Under the pieces are notes generated by a model. The model was not told the origin of the DNA. It ran no database searches and saw only the letters and a list, made by a program, of their open reading frames with translations. Position numbers and translations under genes: made by a program. From IMG/VR virus record IMGVR_UViG_3300006169_000035: a stretch of 64,000 nt of DNA; one strand, 5' to 3'. This document shows positions 48,838-56,862 of this stretch, piece after piece (the first letter of the stretch is position 1; the number at the start of each line of letters is the position of its first letter). This DNA comes from an uncultured virus (IMG/VR IMGVR_UViG_3300006169_000035) (taxonomy: Duplodnaviria > Heunggongvirae > Uroviricota > Caudoviricetes).

Positions 48838-49125
48838 CTAGCTCTCGTTCCAGACGGTTCCGAGCCAGTGGCCCAGGCCGAAGACGATGAGGTCGACCGC
48901 GATGTTCGGGTAGTCCTCGGGGCCCGATGTGTTGAAGATCGTCTTGCCCACGTCGGCTCGTTCGAGAGCCTGCTCGAAGACTTCGTACGCCGACGCCGCG
49001 AGCATCGACCACACGAAAGGGATCTCCATCAGGCCGAAGCTGAGCCCGATCCCGAAGTGCACGATCGTCCACGGATCGATCGCTGCTCCGTTCTGCTCGC
49101 TCTTGCGGGTCGCAACGAGCTTCAT
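48838..49125 (-). CDS. Small polytopic membrane protein with D-x-W-x-x-x-H / E-x-x-E / N-x-x-x-D polar motifs
   Basis: IDPWTIVHFGIG...AYEVFEQ...PEDYPNIAVDL. Confidence 0.7.
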   Translation of the reverse strand: MKLVATRKSEQNGAAIDPWTIVHFGIGLSFGLMEIPFVWSMLAASAYEVFEQALERADVGKTIFNTSGPEDYPNIAVDLIVFGLGHWLGTVWNES

Positions 49126-49553
49126 CGCACCACGTTCGCTCCGATGAGCGCGCCTCCGATCGGCAGCGCGTAGATCCAGATGTTGCCGAGCACAGGGTGC
49201 ATCGCGACCAGGTCAGGATCGAGAACGAACGGAAGCTCGCCGAGTACGACCCCGATCGCGGTGCCGATCGTGGCGGCAGTTCGCGTAGGGCGAGGTGACG
49301 TGATGGCTGCGCCTGCGCTCGCGGCAACGAGGTGGAAAGCGGCGCATCGGAGACGGACGTTACGGTTGCGTCCGTAGGTCTGGTCGTAGTTCCAGCCGCC
49401 GGTACGGAGACGAGTGAATGCGGCCGCGGCGAGCGCTGCGAGAACTCCTCCCGCTGCAGCTCCGAGCGCAGCTCGTCCTCCGATCGGCAACGGGTTCTGC
49501 TCGACCCACGGATCGAGCATGTCGTCCTCGAGAACTTCGTAGAGCTCGCTCAC
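49122..49553 (-). CDS. Polytopic membrane protein
   Basis: Acidic leader, QNP, then 3-4 hydrophobic segments. Confidence 0.65.
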   Translation of the reverse strand: MSELYEVLEDDMLDPWVEQNPLPIGGRAALGAAAGGVLAALAAAAFTRLRTGGWNYDQTYGRNRNVRLRCAAFHLVAASAGAAITSPRPTRTAATIGTAIGVVLGELPFVLDPDLVAMHPVLGNIWIYALPIGGALIGANVVR

Positions 49554-49771
49554 GACGGCTCCTTTCGATCGTCGTCGAAGATGTTGCCCCATGGCAGATG
49601 GGCGATCGCTACGCCGGCGCCGAGCACGAGTGCACCGATCGCGATGGCTGGCTTGCGATAGAGATCGGCGATCGTTGCTCCCACGCCAGCGATCCCGATG
49701 CCGAGACCGAGCGCTGCAAGAGTGCGACGCGTCGGACCTCGTGAGATCGGATTCTGGTCGTCCACGGGCAA
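49550..49771 (-). CDS. Small two-TM protein
   Basis: DDQNP...LAALGLGIGIAGVG...IAIGALVLGAGVAIA. Confidence 0.6.
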   Translation of the reverse strand: MPVDDQNPISRGPTRRTLAALGLGIGIAGVGATIADLYRKPAIAIGALVLGAGVAIAHLPWGNIFDDDRKEPS

Positions 49772-49777
49772 GCTCCT

Positions 49778-50560
49778 TTACGGCGCGAACGACAGCTGGC
49801 CGGGTTGCGCTCCGCCACCCTTACCGACGCCGGGCCCTGGATCGGGATCAGGGAGTCTGATCTCCGGAACCACCGTCGGATCGAAGTCGCCGAATCCGAG
49901 CTCAGCGAGACGCTCGGCGATCTGCTCGTCGACGAAGTCGGGGTCGCTCGTGCCGAGAACGCGACCACCTTCGGCGATGATGGTCCGGCCGATCACGTAG
50001 ACGAGCCCCATGTAGAGGTTCGCCATGCGGGCCGTCGACGACGGATCGCCTGGCATCGGGACCGGTGGCCAGCGGCACTCCTCCCAGAACTCCATGAAGA
50101 AGTCCGTCGCGAGTTCGGTTGGGTCGGCGCTCTTGGCTGCTGCATCGCTGCTCTCGGCCACGGCGACGTCGATGAGCGCGGAGAGGTACTGGATCTGCGG
50201 ACCTTCTTCGCCTTCGACGAAGACGAAGTCCGAGCAGCCCTCGCCGACGTAGAAGCCAGCCGGCGTCGTCGGTCCCGGTTCGCAACCGTCCTTGTCGCGA
50301 ACGAAGCCGGGATAGTCGGCGCCGCACGGACCAACGCCGAGTCCCCGATCGGGCGGCTCTGTGATGATCGGCGGGATCGGCCGATCGGGCTTGCCGTTCT
50401 GTGGTGGCGGCGGAAGCTCGGACATGTCCTTCTTCCGCCGCCGATCCTCGTATGCACGGTAGCCCCAGTAGCTGAGGCCTCCGACGGCGATGGCGCTGAC
50501 CCCGATGATCGCCCAGGTCAACGGCTTGGGGTTGCGTCGAGATCTGCGTCGCTTCGCCAT
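49778..50560 (-). CDS. Single-pass membrane protein with basic-NP leader
   Basis: MAKRRRSRRNPKPLTWAIIGVSAIAVGGLSYWGY; Cys-containing ectodomain. Confidence 0.8.
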   Translation of the reverse strand: MAKRRRSRRNPKPLTWAIIGVSAIAVGGLSYWGYRAYEDRRRKKDMSELPPPPQNGKPDRPIPPIITEPPDRGLGVGPCGADYPGFVRDKDGCEPGPTTPAGFYVGEGCSDFVFVEGEEGPQIQYLSALIDVAVAESSDAAAKSADPTELATDFFMEFWEECRWPPVPMPGDPSSTARMANLYMGLVYVIGRTIIAEGGRVLGTSDPDFVDEQIAERLAELGFGDFDPTVVPEIRLPDPDPGPGVGKGGGAQPGQLSFAP

Positions 50561-50571
50561 CGTCGTTCTCC

Positions 50572-51351
50572 TTACGGATTGCTCAGCCGGTTCGCCAGTC
50601 GCTTCTGGCGTTCGGGGTTGTTCGCGAGGTCGCCCTGTCGCTCGCGCTCGTAGGCACCAGGGTTCCCCTGGCGAGCCCTGACGCCCATCGCGGAGAACGT
50701 ATCCGCTGCTGCCTTCTGGCTCGGCGCTCCGGGTCCGCATACCGCCTTGGCACGACGGGCACTCGGGCGCTTGCCGCCGGTGCGCTTGCGACTTCCCGAA
50801 CCGACGACGCACGCGGCCTTCGTCGACTTCGAGATCCGACCTGAGCGCTTCGCGACCGGAAGCGGCGTCTTGCGCTTCTTCTTGCCGCGCTTCTTGCCAC
50901 GCTTCTTCTTGCCGGCCTTCTTGCCGCGCTTCTTCTTCGGCGGGTTGTCGTCGCGCATCTCGGCGTTCGAGGCGACGGCCCGAGCGCGCTTCTTGCTGCG
51001 ACGCTTGGCGCCCTTCTTCCCGCGCTTCTTCCCGCGACGCTTCTTGCCGACCTTCTTGCGACGCTTCTTGCCGGCCTTCTTCGCGACCTTCTTGCGACGT
51101 CGCTTGCCGACCTTCTTGCCGGCCTTCTTCCCGCGCTTCTTCCCGCGCTTCTTCCCGCGACGCTTCTTGCCGACCTTCTTGCGACGCTTCTTCTTGCCGG
51201 CGGGAGCCTCGGCCGAAGCGGCCTTCTTGCGGCGCTTCTTCTTGCCGCCCTTCTTCTTGCCGCGGCGCTTGCCGGCCTTCACGGCCGTGCTGCCGGCCTT
51301 CTTGCCGCGGCGCTTGCCGGACTTCTTGGATGCTGTCTTGGCACGAGCCAT
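50572..51351 (-). CDS. Lys/Arg-rich histone/protamine-like protein
   Basis: KKRGKK / KKVGKKRR repeats over about 170 aa; GAGGAG RBS; AAG/CGC codon bias. Confidence 0.85.
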   Translation of the reverse strand: MARAKTASKKSGKRRGKKAGSTAVKAGKRRGKKKGGKKKRRKKAASAEAPAGKKKRRKKVGKKRRGKKRGKKRGKKAGKKVGKRRRKKVAKKAGKKRRKKVGKKRRGKKRGKKGAKRRSKKRARAVASNAEMRDDNPPKKKRGKKAGKKKRGKKRGKKKRKTPLPVAKRSGRISKSTKAACVVGSGSRKRTGGKRPSARRAKAVCGPGAPSQKAAADTFSAMGVRARQGNPGAYERERQGDLANNPERQKRLANRLSNP

Positions 51352-51390
51352 GGGGTTTCTCCTCTTCCAGATACTACAACGTTCGCGGTG

Positions 51391-51693
51391 TCAATGGTCG
51401 AGTAGTAGATGCAGGTGCTTGCGAAACTGCTGCAGGAAGTCGTCCGCGGCGACCGTTTGCGAGGTCTCGGTGGCGTCCCGGAGTTCCCGCTGCAGCTTCG
51501 TCAACGCGGAGCGTGAGAGATCCGCGTCACCGATCGGAAATCCGTGGATCCACATCCGCTGCTGGACGAGCGGTAGATCAGCGCGGAGCTGGATGAGCTC
51601 ACGCTGAGGCGCCCTCGCGGCAGGATTCACGGCCTTGGCCCGGCGAGCCCACGGCCGCACGCGCACAGGAGCAGCAAGTGCCTTGCGAGTCAT
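51391..51693 (-). CDS. Hypothetical protein with basic-NP leader
   Basis: MTRKALAAPVRVRPWARRAKAVNP...; ATGA coupling. Confidence 0.55.
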   Translation of the reverse strand: MTRKALAAPVRVRPWARRAKAVNPAARAPQRELIQLRADLPLVQQRMWIHGFPIGDADLSRSALTKLQRELRDATETSQTVAADDFLQQFRKHLHLLLDH

Positions 51694-52655
51694 CTCGACT
51701 CCCCTCGGGCGAGTCGACGCGCCATGTTGCGGATCCGTTGTTGCTCGGTCCGCTCGCTCACCGAGCGAGGGCCCCACGGGTTGAGAGCTCGAGCCGGGCG
51801 GTAGACGATCTTCTGCGGGTTCGGCTCGGATCCGCCAGCGAGTCGTACCAGGGCGTTAGGGTTCGCATGGCGCCCTCGCAGGAGCTTCTTGTAGTCGCCT
51901 GGTCGCACGTCGAGTTCGAGATCGGCGTCGCGCGGATATCCCTTGTCGATCAGCTTCGCGACGTCTTCGAGCGGCACTTCGACGACGTCGACAAGGCGAT
52001 CTCCACGAAAGAGGAAGTACGCCTCCTTGGGACCACCACTTCCGATCCAGCTGGTTGGCGTGACGCGGATGAGCGTCATGCCAGAAGATGGGTTGTGCTC
52101 CTTCTCGATCGTGGCGAGCTTCCGATAGTAGTCGCGATCCTCGACGAGATGGTCCATGGCGATCGCGAGAGCCGTGTCCGTATCGTCCGTGTGTTCGAGC
52201 TCCACCTTCAGCCCGCGGACGACCTCGGCCGTCTTGAACTCGTCTGCGGTGCGGCCGTCGGCAAGACCGCCGCGTCGAGGCGCTCGCCAACCCTCATGCT
52301 GGCGAGCCTTGACGTGGCACTTGATCTTGTCGTCGCTCATCGGTCCCGGATTTCCTTTGCGATCGGAAAGCTCGGCTTCGTAGACAGCTCCCGATGGGTC
52401 CACGATCCATCCGTTGACCTTGGTCGTTCCCGGCTTGTATTTGCCGAGATCTTCGGTCTCGAACCCGATGAAGTTCACGGGGCGCATGAAGCTCGAACCC
52501 GGAATGACCACGCGGTTCTTGCCGTCCTTGCGGGCGTAGTGTGCAGCGGCCACGATCGCGTACTCGGTGTTCTCCGGGTGGGCGCGCCAGTTCGCGACGG
52601 CGCGCTTTGGCTTCGCGCTCACCTGACCCAACCGATCGCCTCGCGTGACCTTCAT
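51690..52655 (-). CDS. NP-punctuated multi-module protein containing a DUF5661-like domain
   Basis: GLKVELEHT....ALAIAMDHL.E..DYY.KL flanked by KGNP and EHNP; 5 NP. Confidence 0.75.
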   Translation of the reverse strand: MKVTRGDRLGQVSAKPKRAVANWRAHPENTEYAIVAAAHYARKDGKNRVVIPGSSFMRPVNFIGFETEDLGKYKPGTTKVNGWIVDPSGAVYEAELSDRKGNPGPMSDDKIKCHVKARQHEGWRAPRRGGLADGRTADEFKTAEVVRGLKVELEHTDDTDTALAIAMDHLVEDRDYYRKLATIEKEHNPSSGMTLIRVTPTSWIGSGGPKEAYFLFRGDRLVDVVEVPLEDVAKLIDKGYPRDADLELDVRPGDYKKLLRGRHANPNALVRLAGGSEPNPQKIVYRPARALNPWGPRSVSERTEQQRIRNMARRLARGESR

Positions 52656-52667
52656 CTGCCTTGTCCG

Positions 52668-53390
52668 CTAGTTCGCCTTCAGCCACTTCGCGAAGTCGCT
52701 GCCCCAGTCGTCCATGTTCGCACGGAGCTCCTTGAGGCGCTTGCGCGACTGTTCGAGACCCTCGCCGCCGGCGTAGTCCTTCTCGGCACTTGCCTCACCG
52801 ATCCAGTAGGCAGCGCGCACGAGCGATCCGACCGACCGGCGCACGTCGTTGCGTTCTAGCTGGTCGGACGCAGCGGTGAGCTCGCGGTCGGCCGCTGCGA
52901 CAGCAGACTTGAACGATCGAGCCGACTGTGCAGGGTCGTGCGTGTTGCGGGCTCGGGCGCCCCGCTGCGAGCCTCCTCGCTTCGTGCCCGGATTTCTCAC
53001 CTTGGCGGTCTCCAACCACCTCGGGTGCGCCCAGTTTTCGGCGCTCTTGGGAAGCTGCCTGTCTTGTATGAAAGCGTCGACGGTGTCGTTCCAGGCTTCG
53101 CGTCGAGCCGGCTTGTCGGGCACGCCATCTTGCTCGTACTGCTGCGCGATGTAGGGCAGAACCTCCTCACGAAAATACGACTCGAAGTCCTTCTTCGACA
53201 TGGGGTTGCTGCGACGACGCTTCGTTTGCTTCGCCCACTTCACGCGCCAGTCGTTGCCCTGCTTGAAGACGGAGACGTTTTTCACGTCGGGGGACTTCGA
53301 GATGAAGTCTGCGAACGCCTGAGCATCCGACTTCTTCGCATACGGAACTCCGACTCTCGCCTCCCATGGATTCGTGCTCTTCTTCGCCAT
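52668..53390 (-). CDS. NP-punctuated three-module protein
   Basis: MAKKSTNP..., RRRSNP MSKKDF..DKPARREAWND..., KVRNP... Confidence 0.75.
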   Translation of the reverse strand: MAKKSTNPWEARVGVPYAKKSDAQAFADFISKSPDVKNVSVFKQGNDWRVKWAKQTKRRRSNPMSKKDFESYFREEVLPYIAQQYEQDGVPDKPARREAWNDTVDAFIQDRQLPKSAENWAHPRWLETAKVRNPGTKRGGSQRGARARNTHDPAQSARSFKSAVAAADRELTAASDQLERNDVRRSVGSLVRAAYWIGEASAEKDYAGGEGLEQSRKRLKELRANMDDWGSDFAKWLKAN

Positions 53391-53404
53391 CGCCTTGTTC
53401 TCCC

Positions 53405-55684
53405 TCAGCCCGGGTTCGCGAGTCGAGCCGCTGCTCGGCGCTCGCAGATGTTCGCGCAGTGGCAGGGGTTGCCCGCCTTCGGCTGCGCTGTCATCACGCG
53501 CTCGTAGTACGCCTTGTCGATGTTGTCGGTCGAACGGATGACGACGTAGTCGCCGTAGCGCTTGTCCTCCCAGACCGACTGCGCGGTACCGTGGTGATCG
53601 GCTCGAGCCTGGGCGTACTTCTTCGCGAGCGCCAGGTCGTCGAGGCTCACGCCGCCCTTGTCCTTCACCCACGCCTCGTTGAGGCCCTTCGGGTTCGAGG
53701 ATCGAGGCTTGACCGGCGGCGGACCGCGACGACCACCGCGCTCCCACTTCTCCCGCTCCTTGCGGTACTTCGCGAGTTCGACCGCGTCGCCCTTGTAGGG
53801 GTTCTTTCGCTTACCCTCCTTCGTGTACTCGGTACGAAGAACATCGCGAGTCTCACGCCCAAGCGACGTCAGCCCATCGTCGTCGACGAGCTCCATGCGA
53901 TCGAGCAACAGCCACACCTTGTCTGGTATGTGCTGACGCGCTTGTGCTCCACCGGCCGCCGCGAACAAGGCTTTGATGTGGCGACCCGTCGGTTTCTTGT
54001 CCAAGGACATAAGCTCCTCGGCAGCATCACGGGCCTTATTGCGTTCGCTGTTGCGGGCAGGATTGCGGCCAGGCTTGGCCTCCTTCTTCTGGCGTCGCCT
54101 TGGGTTGCTCTGCTTGCGCTCCTCGGCTGCATCGATCGCGGAGTAGACGACGTTGTCCATCTCTGCCGAGAGCTTCTCGTACGACTTGCGCAGCTTCTTG
54201 TCGGAGTCGATCGCTCGCTTGAGGTTCTCCCAGTCGGGCCCGTCGATGTTCTCCCAGAAGCCGACGCCGTGGCCGACGAACGCAGCCCAAGTGTTGAAGG
54301 CGATGTCGTCCTCGGACTCGACGTCGTCGGTGCCCTCAAGGCCTGACGTGCTGCCCGGCGGCCTCTTCATCCACGCGTTCACGACGCGGTTCGCCTCGCG
54401 CGTGAACGCGTTCTTGGCGGCTTCGAGTTCCTTGGTGTGGTGGACCTCGTTCTCCACGTCGCTCGTCGTCAAATCGTCGCGTTCTTGGACCGCGCCTTCG
54501 ATCATGCCGTCGATCTCGAAGTCCACCCACTCGCTGGCGGAGTAGTGGCGCCCTTGGTTGGTCTTGCGACCGCGAGGGTTTTCGCTCTTGCGTGCGGCCT
54601 CGAAGGCCTTCTTTGCAGCCGCGTAGCTGCGGCGTGCGACCGCGTTGATGTCGTCGCCGAACGTCTCCTCCATCTCGGCGTAGGTCTTGGTGGACGGTTC
54701 CGCATCGACGTTGTCGGAGCCGTGATACCCCGCGCCCATTTCAGCGACGCGCCACTTCGCGAGCGGATCACCGGATGCGAGCTCTCGGATCTCTGCCTTG
54801 GTCGTGCCGTACGTGCTGGCGATCTCCCCGAGGTCGGACTTCATCCAGTCGAGCTGGTTTTCGAGGACGTCCTCGTCGGGATCGTACGGGAACCACCGAA
54901 CCTCGTAGGTTGCGGACTCGATCTCGTCCTCGTCCTCTGGTGCTTCCCAGAAGATCCAGCGCAACTCCTTGTACGTGGGGTCGTAGTACAGGATCCCTCC
55001 GCCGTGCGTCAGCGGATCGACGTCGCCGGTGCTGAGGATCGGAATGTTGCGCTCTGGGTTCTTCCGACCCTTCTTCTTCCCACTCTTCTTCTTCACGCTC
55101 TGCCTCTTCTTTCCGCGCCAGCCAGGTTCGATCCGATCGGCGATCGCGGCACAGTAGGCACCGGGATCGGAAACCTTCTTCTTCCCGCGGCGCTTGCTGA
55201 CCTTCTTGATGCAGCCGCTGACGCTGCCGCCGGGCATCTCCTTCATCGGGTTGCCCTTGCGACCTCGCTTCTTGCGACGCGGGTTGTCCTCGGAGTACGC
55301 CGCGCTCACCAGCGCCTCTTCGAGCATCGCGTAGGGCTCTTCGAGCTCCTTGCGGAGGCACGACGATATCTTCTGCCAACGGCGCTCGGTGGCATCGGGG
55401 TAGAACTCGTCCCATCTGCCATCCCAGATCCCGACGCCTTCGCCGGCGAGTGTCGCGTAGACGTCGTACGCGGTCCCCGGATCGTTGAAGAGCCGCGACG
55501 TGTTTCCCTTCGGAGGGAACTTCTTGAAGCAGGACTTGAGCGCTTCCTGGACGCTCTCCTCGAAGTAGACCGATGCGTCCCGTACCTCGTCAGGCATGCT
55601 GACCCGCTTGTCCGCGAGACCGTCGAGGACGAACTGCGCCCAGTCTTCAGGCGCATACTCCGGGTTCTTCTTCTTGCGTGCCAT
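53405..55684 (-). CDS. 759-aa NP-punctuated multi-module protein (putative polyprotein)
   Basis: 11 NP dipeptides in basic linkers separating mostly acidic modules. Confidence 0.8.
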   Translation of the reverse strand: MARKKKNPEYAPEDWAQFVLDGLADKRVSMPDEVRDASVYFEESVQEALKSCFKKFPPKGNTSRLFNDPGTAYDVYATLAGEGVGIWDGRWDEFYPDATERRWQKISSCLRKELEEPYAMLEEALVSAAYSEDNPRRKKRGRKGNPMKEMPGGSVSGCIKKVSKRRGKKKVSDPGAYCAAIADRIEPGWRGKKRQSVKKKSGKKKGRKNPERNIPILSTGDVDPLTHGGGILYYDPTYKELRWIFWEAPEDEDEIESATYEVRWFPYDPDEDVLENQLDWMKSDLGEIASTYGTTKAEIRELASGDPLAKWRVAEMGAGYHGSDNVDAEPSTKTYAEMEETFGDDINAVARRSYAAAKKAFEAARKSENPRGRKTNQGRHYSASEWVDFEIDGMIEGAVQERDDLTTSDVENEVHHTKELEAAKNAFTREANRVVNAWMKRPPGSTSGLEGTDDVESEDDIAFNTWAAFVGHGVGFWENIDGPDWENLKRAIDSDKKLRKSYEKLSAEMDNVVYSAIDAAEERKQSNPRRRQKKEAKPGRNPARNSERNKARDAAEELMSLDKKPTGRHIKALFAAAGGAQARQHIPDKVWLLLDRMELVDDDGLTSLGRETRDVLRTEYTKEGKRKNPYKGDAVELAKYRKEREKWERGGRRGPPPVKPRSSNPKGLNEAWVKDKGGVSLDDLALAKKYAQARADHHGTAQSVWEDKRYGDYVVIRSTDNIDKAYYERVMTAQPKAGNPCHCANICERRAAARLANPG

Positions 55685-55686
55685 CC

Positions 55687-55992
55687 TCATTTCCCTTCGG
55701 CGTAGTCGCGAGCTTCTTGCAGGGATCCTACAACAAGAGGCCTGCCCGACGACGGCTCGAGCTGCCAGCGTCCGTCTTCGAGTTCGTAGGTGACCCACGT
55801 GGTCCCGTTGATCCTGACGGTTAGCGCGTGGCCAAGCGGAGCCTGAGCGTGATCGATCCTCGACCACTGCAGACGCCTGGGGTTCCGCTGTCGTTGCTCC
55901 GGTCGCCGCACGAGCCTGTAGATCCCGTAGCTCACAGCTGCAACGCCGAGAGCTGCGCCTCCTGCAACGAGGATCTTCGTGGTGCGCGTCAT
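55687..55992 (-). CDS. Single-pass membrane protein with internal RQRNP
   Basis: KILVAGGAALGVAAVSYGIYRL. Confidence 0.7.
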   Translation of the reverse strand: MTRTTKILVAGGAALGVAAVSYGIYRLVRRPEQRQRNPRRLQWSRIDHAQAPLGHALTVRINGTTWVTYELEDGRWQLEPSSGRPLVVGSLQEARDYAEGK

Positions 55993-55996
55993 GGGA

Positions 55997-56380
55997 TCAG
56001 ATCGGTGGCAGCACTTGGCTAGGTGTGACGCGACCGGGACATCCTGAGAGGCAGACCGCTGCGCCCATCTGCGCAGCGATCCACTTGCGAGCCTTGTCGC
56101 TCGCCTTCTCGGCGGTCTTCGCTGAGAAGACGCGGATCATCGCGCCGTCGAGATAGACGAGCGCCCAGTACGGCCTGCCGAACGGCATGCGCTGCACTCG
56201 GTACTCGTAGGTCGCTCCGGGCAGCCCGAGTCCGCCCTCGGGCGTGTCGCTCGCGGCCGTGGGTCGCGTGAGGCGGTAGATCCCGTAGCCGATGAGGCCC
56301 GCTCCTGCGAGCCCCCCGATCGTCAGCACAGCGATCTGTGCTCCGCTCGGGTTCTTCTTCCTTCGTCGTCTGCGTGCCAT
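55997..56380 (-). CDS. Single-pass membrane protein with basic-NP leader
   Basis: MARRRRRKKNPSGAQIAVLTIGGLAGAGLIGYGIYRL. Confidence 0.8.
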   Translation of the reverse strand: MARRRRRKKNPSGAQIAVLTIGGLAGAGLIGYGIYRLTRPTAASDTPEGGLGLPGATYEYRVQRMPFGRPYWALVYLDGAMIRVFSAKTAEKASDKARKWIAAQMGAAVCLSGCPGRVTPSQVLPPI

Positions 56381-56393
56381 GGTGCTTCTCCCT

Positions 56394-56609
56394 TCAGGTC
56401 CCGATGACATCTTCGGGACCGGCCCAGTTCTCGCCGGGGATGAGGACTCCGGTCTCGATCGCCTTGTTGAAGAGACGGTTGCATCCCCAGCCGGCGAGGA
56501 CGAAGCCTCCGACTCCGCCGACGAGTACCGCTGCGCCCATCAGCAGACCCGTTTCGAGTCCGGTGGGATTTCTGCGACGTCGACCGCCGCGTCTGTTTCG
56601 CTTGGCCAT
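56394..56609 (-). CDS. Small membrane protein with basic-NP leader
   Basis: MAKRNRRGGRRRRNPTGLETGLLMGAAVLVGGVGGFVLAGW. Confidence 0.75.
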   Translation of the reverse strand: MAKRNRRGGRRRRNPTGLETGLLMGAAVLVGGVGGFVLAGWGCNRLFNKAIETGVLIPGENWAGPEDVIGT

Positions 56610-56631
56610 GTTCGTGTCTCCCTTCTTCGCT

Positions 56632-56862
56632 TCAGCTCCACGTGTCCGGAACGCCGTAGTCGGGCTCCATCGGGAAGTCGTCGGTGCGTTCGTCGAAGCG
56701 CTTCTGCGCGTCGTCGACCATCTTCGTCCCCTTCTTGATCCCGTAGATCATGACGCCTCCCACGATGAGCGCTGGGACCACGACGCCGAGGGTGACCCCG
56801 ATCGCGACCCATGCTCCCGTGCTGAGGTTCTTCTTGCGCTTGCGTCTTCGTTTGCCTGCCAT
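56632..56862 (-). CDS. Small membrane protein with basic-N leader
   Basis: MAGKRRRKRKKNLSTGAWVAIGVTLGVVV. Confidence 0.75.
   Translation of the reverse strand: MAGKRRRKRKKNLSTGAWVAIGVTLGVVVPALIVGGVMIYGIKKGTKMVDDAQKRFDERTDDFPMEPDYGVPDTWS

Noticed and set aside
50747..51607. Plus-strand ORF rich in F/L/P/R
   Set aside because: Antisense shadow of the Lys/Arg-rich gene, which has the RBS and the codon bias
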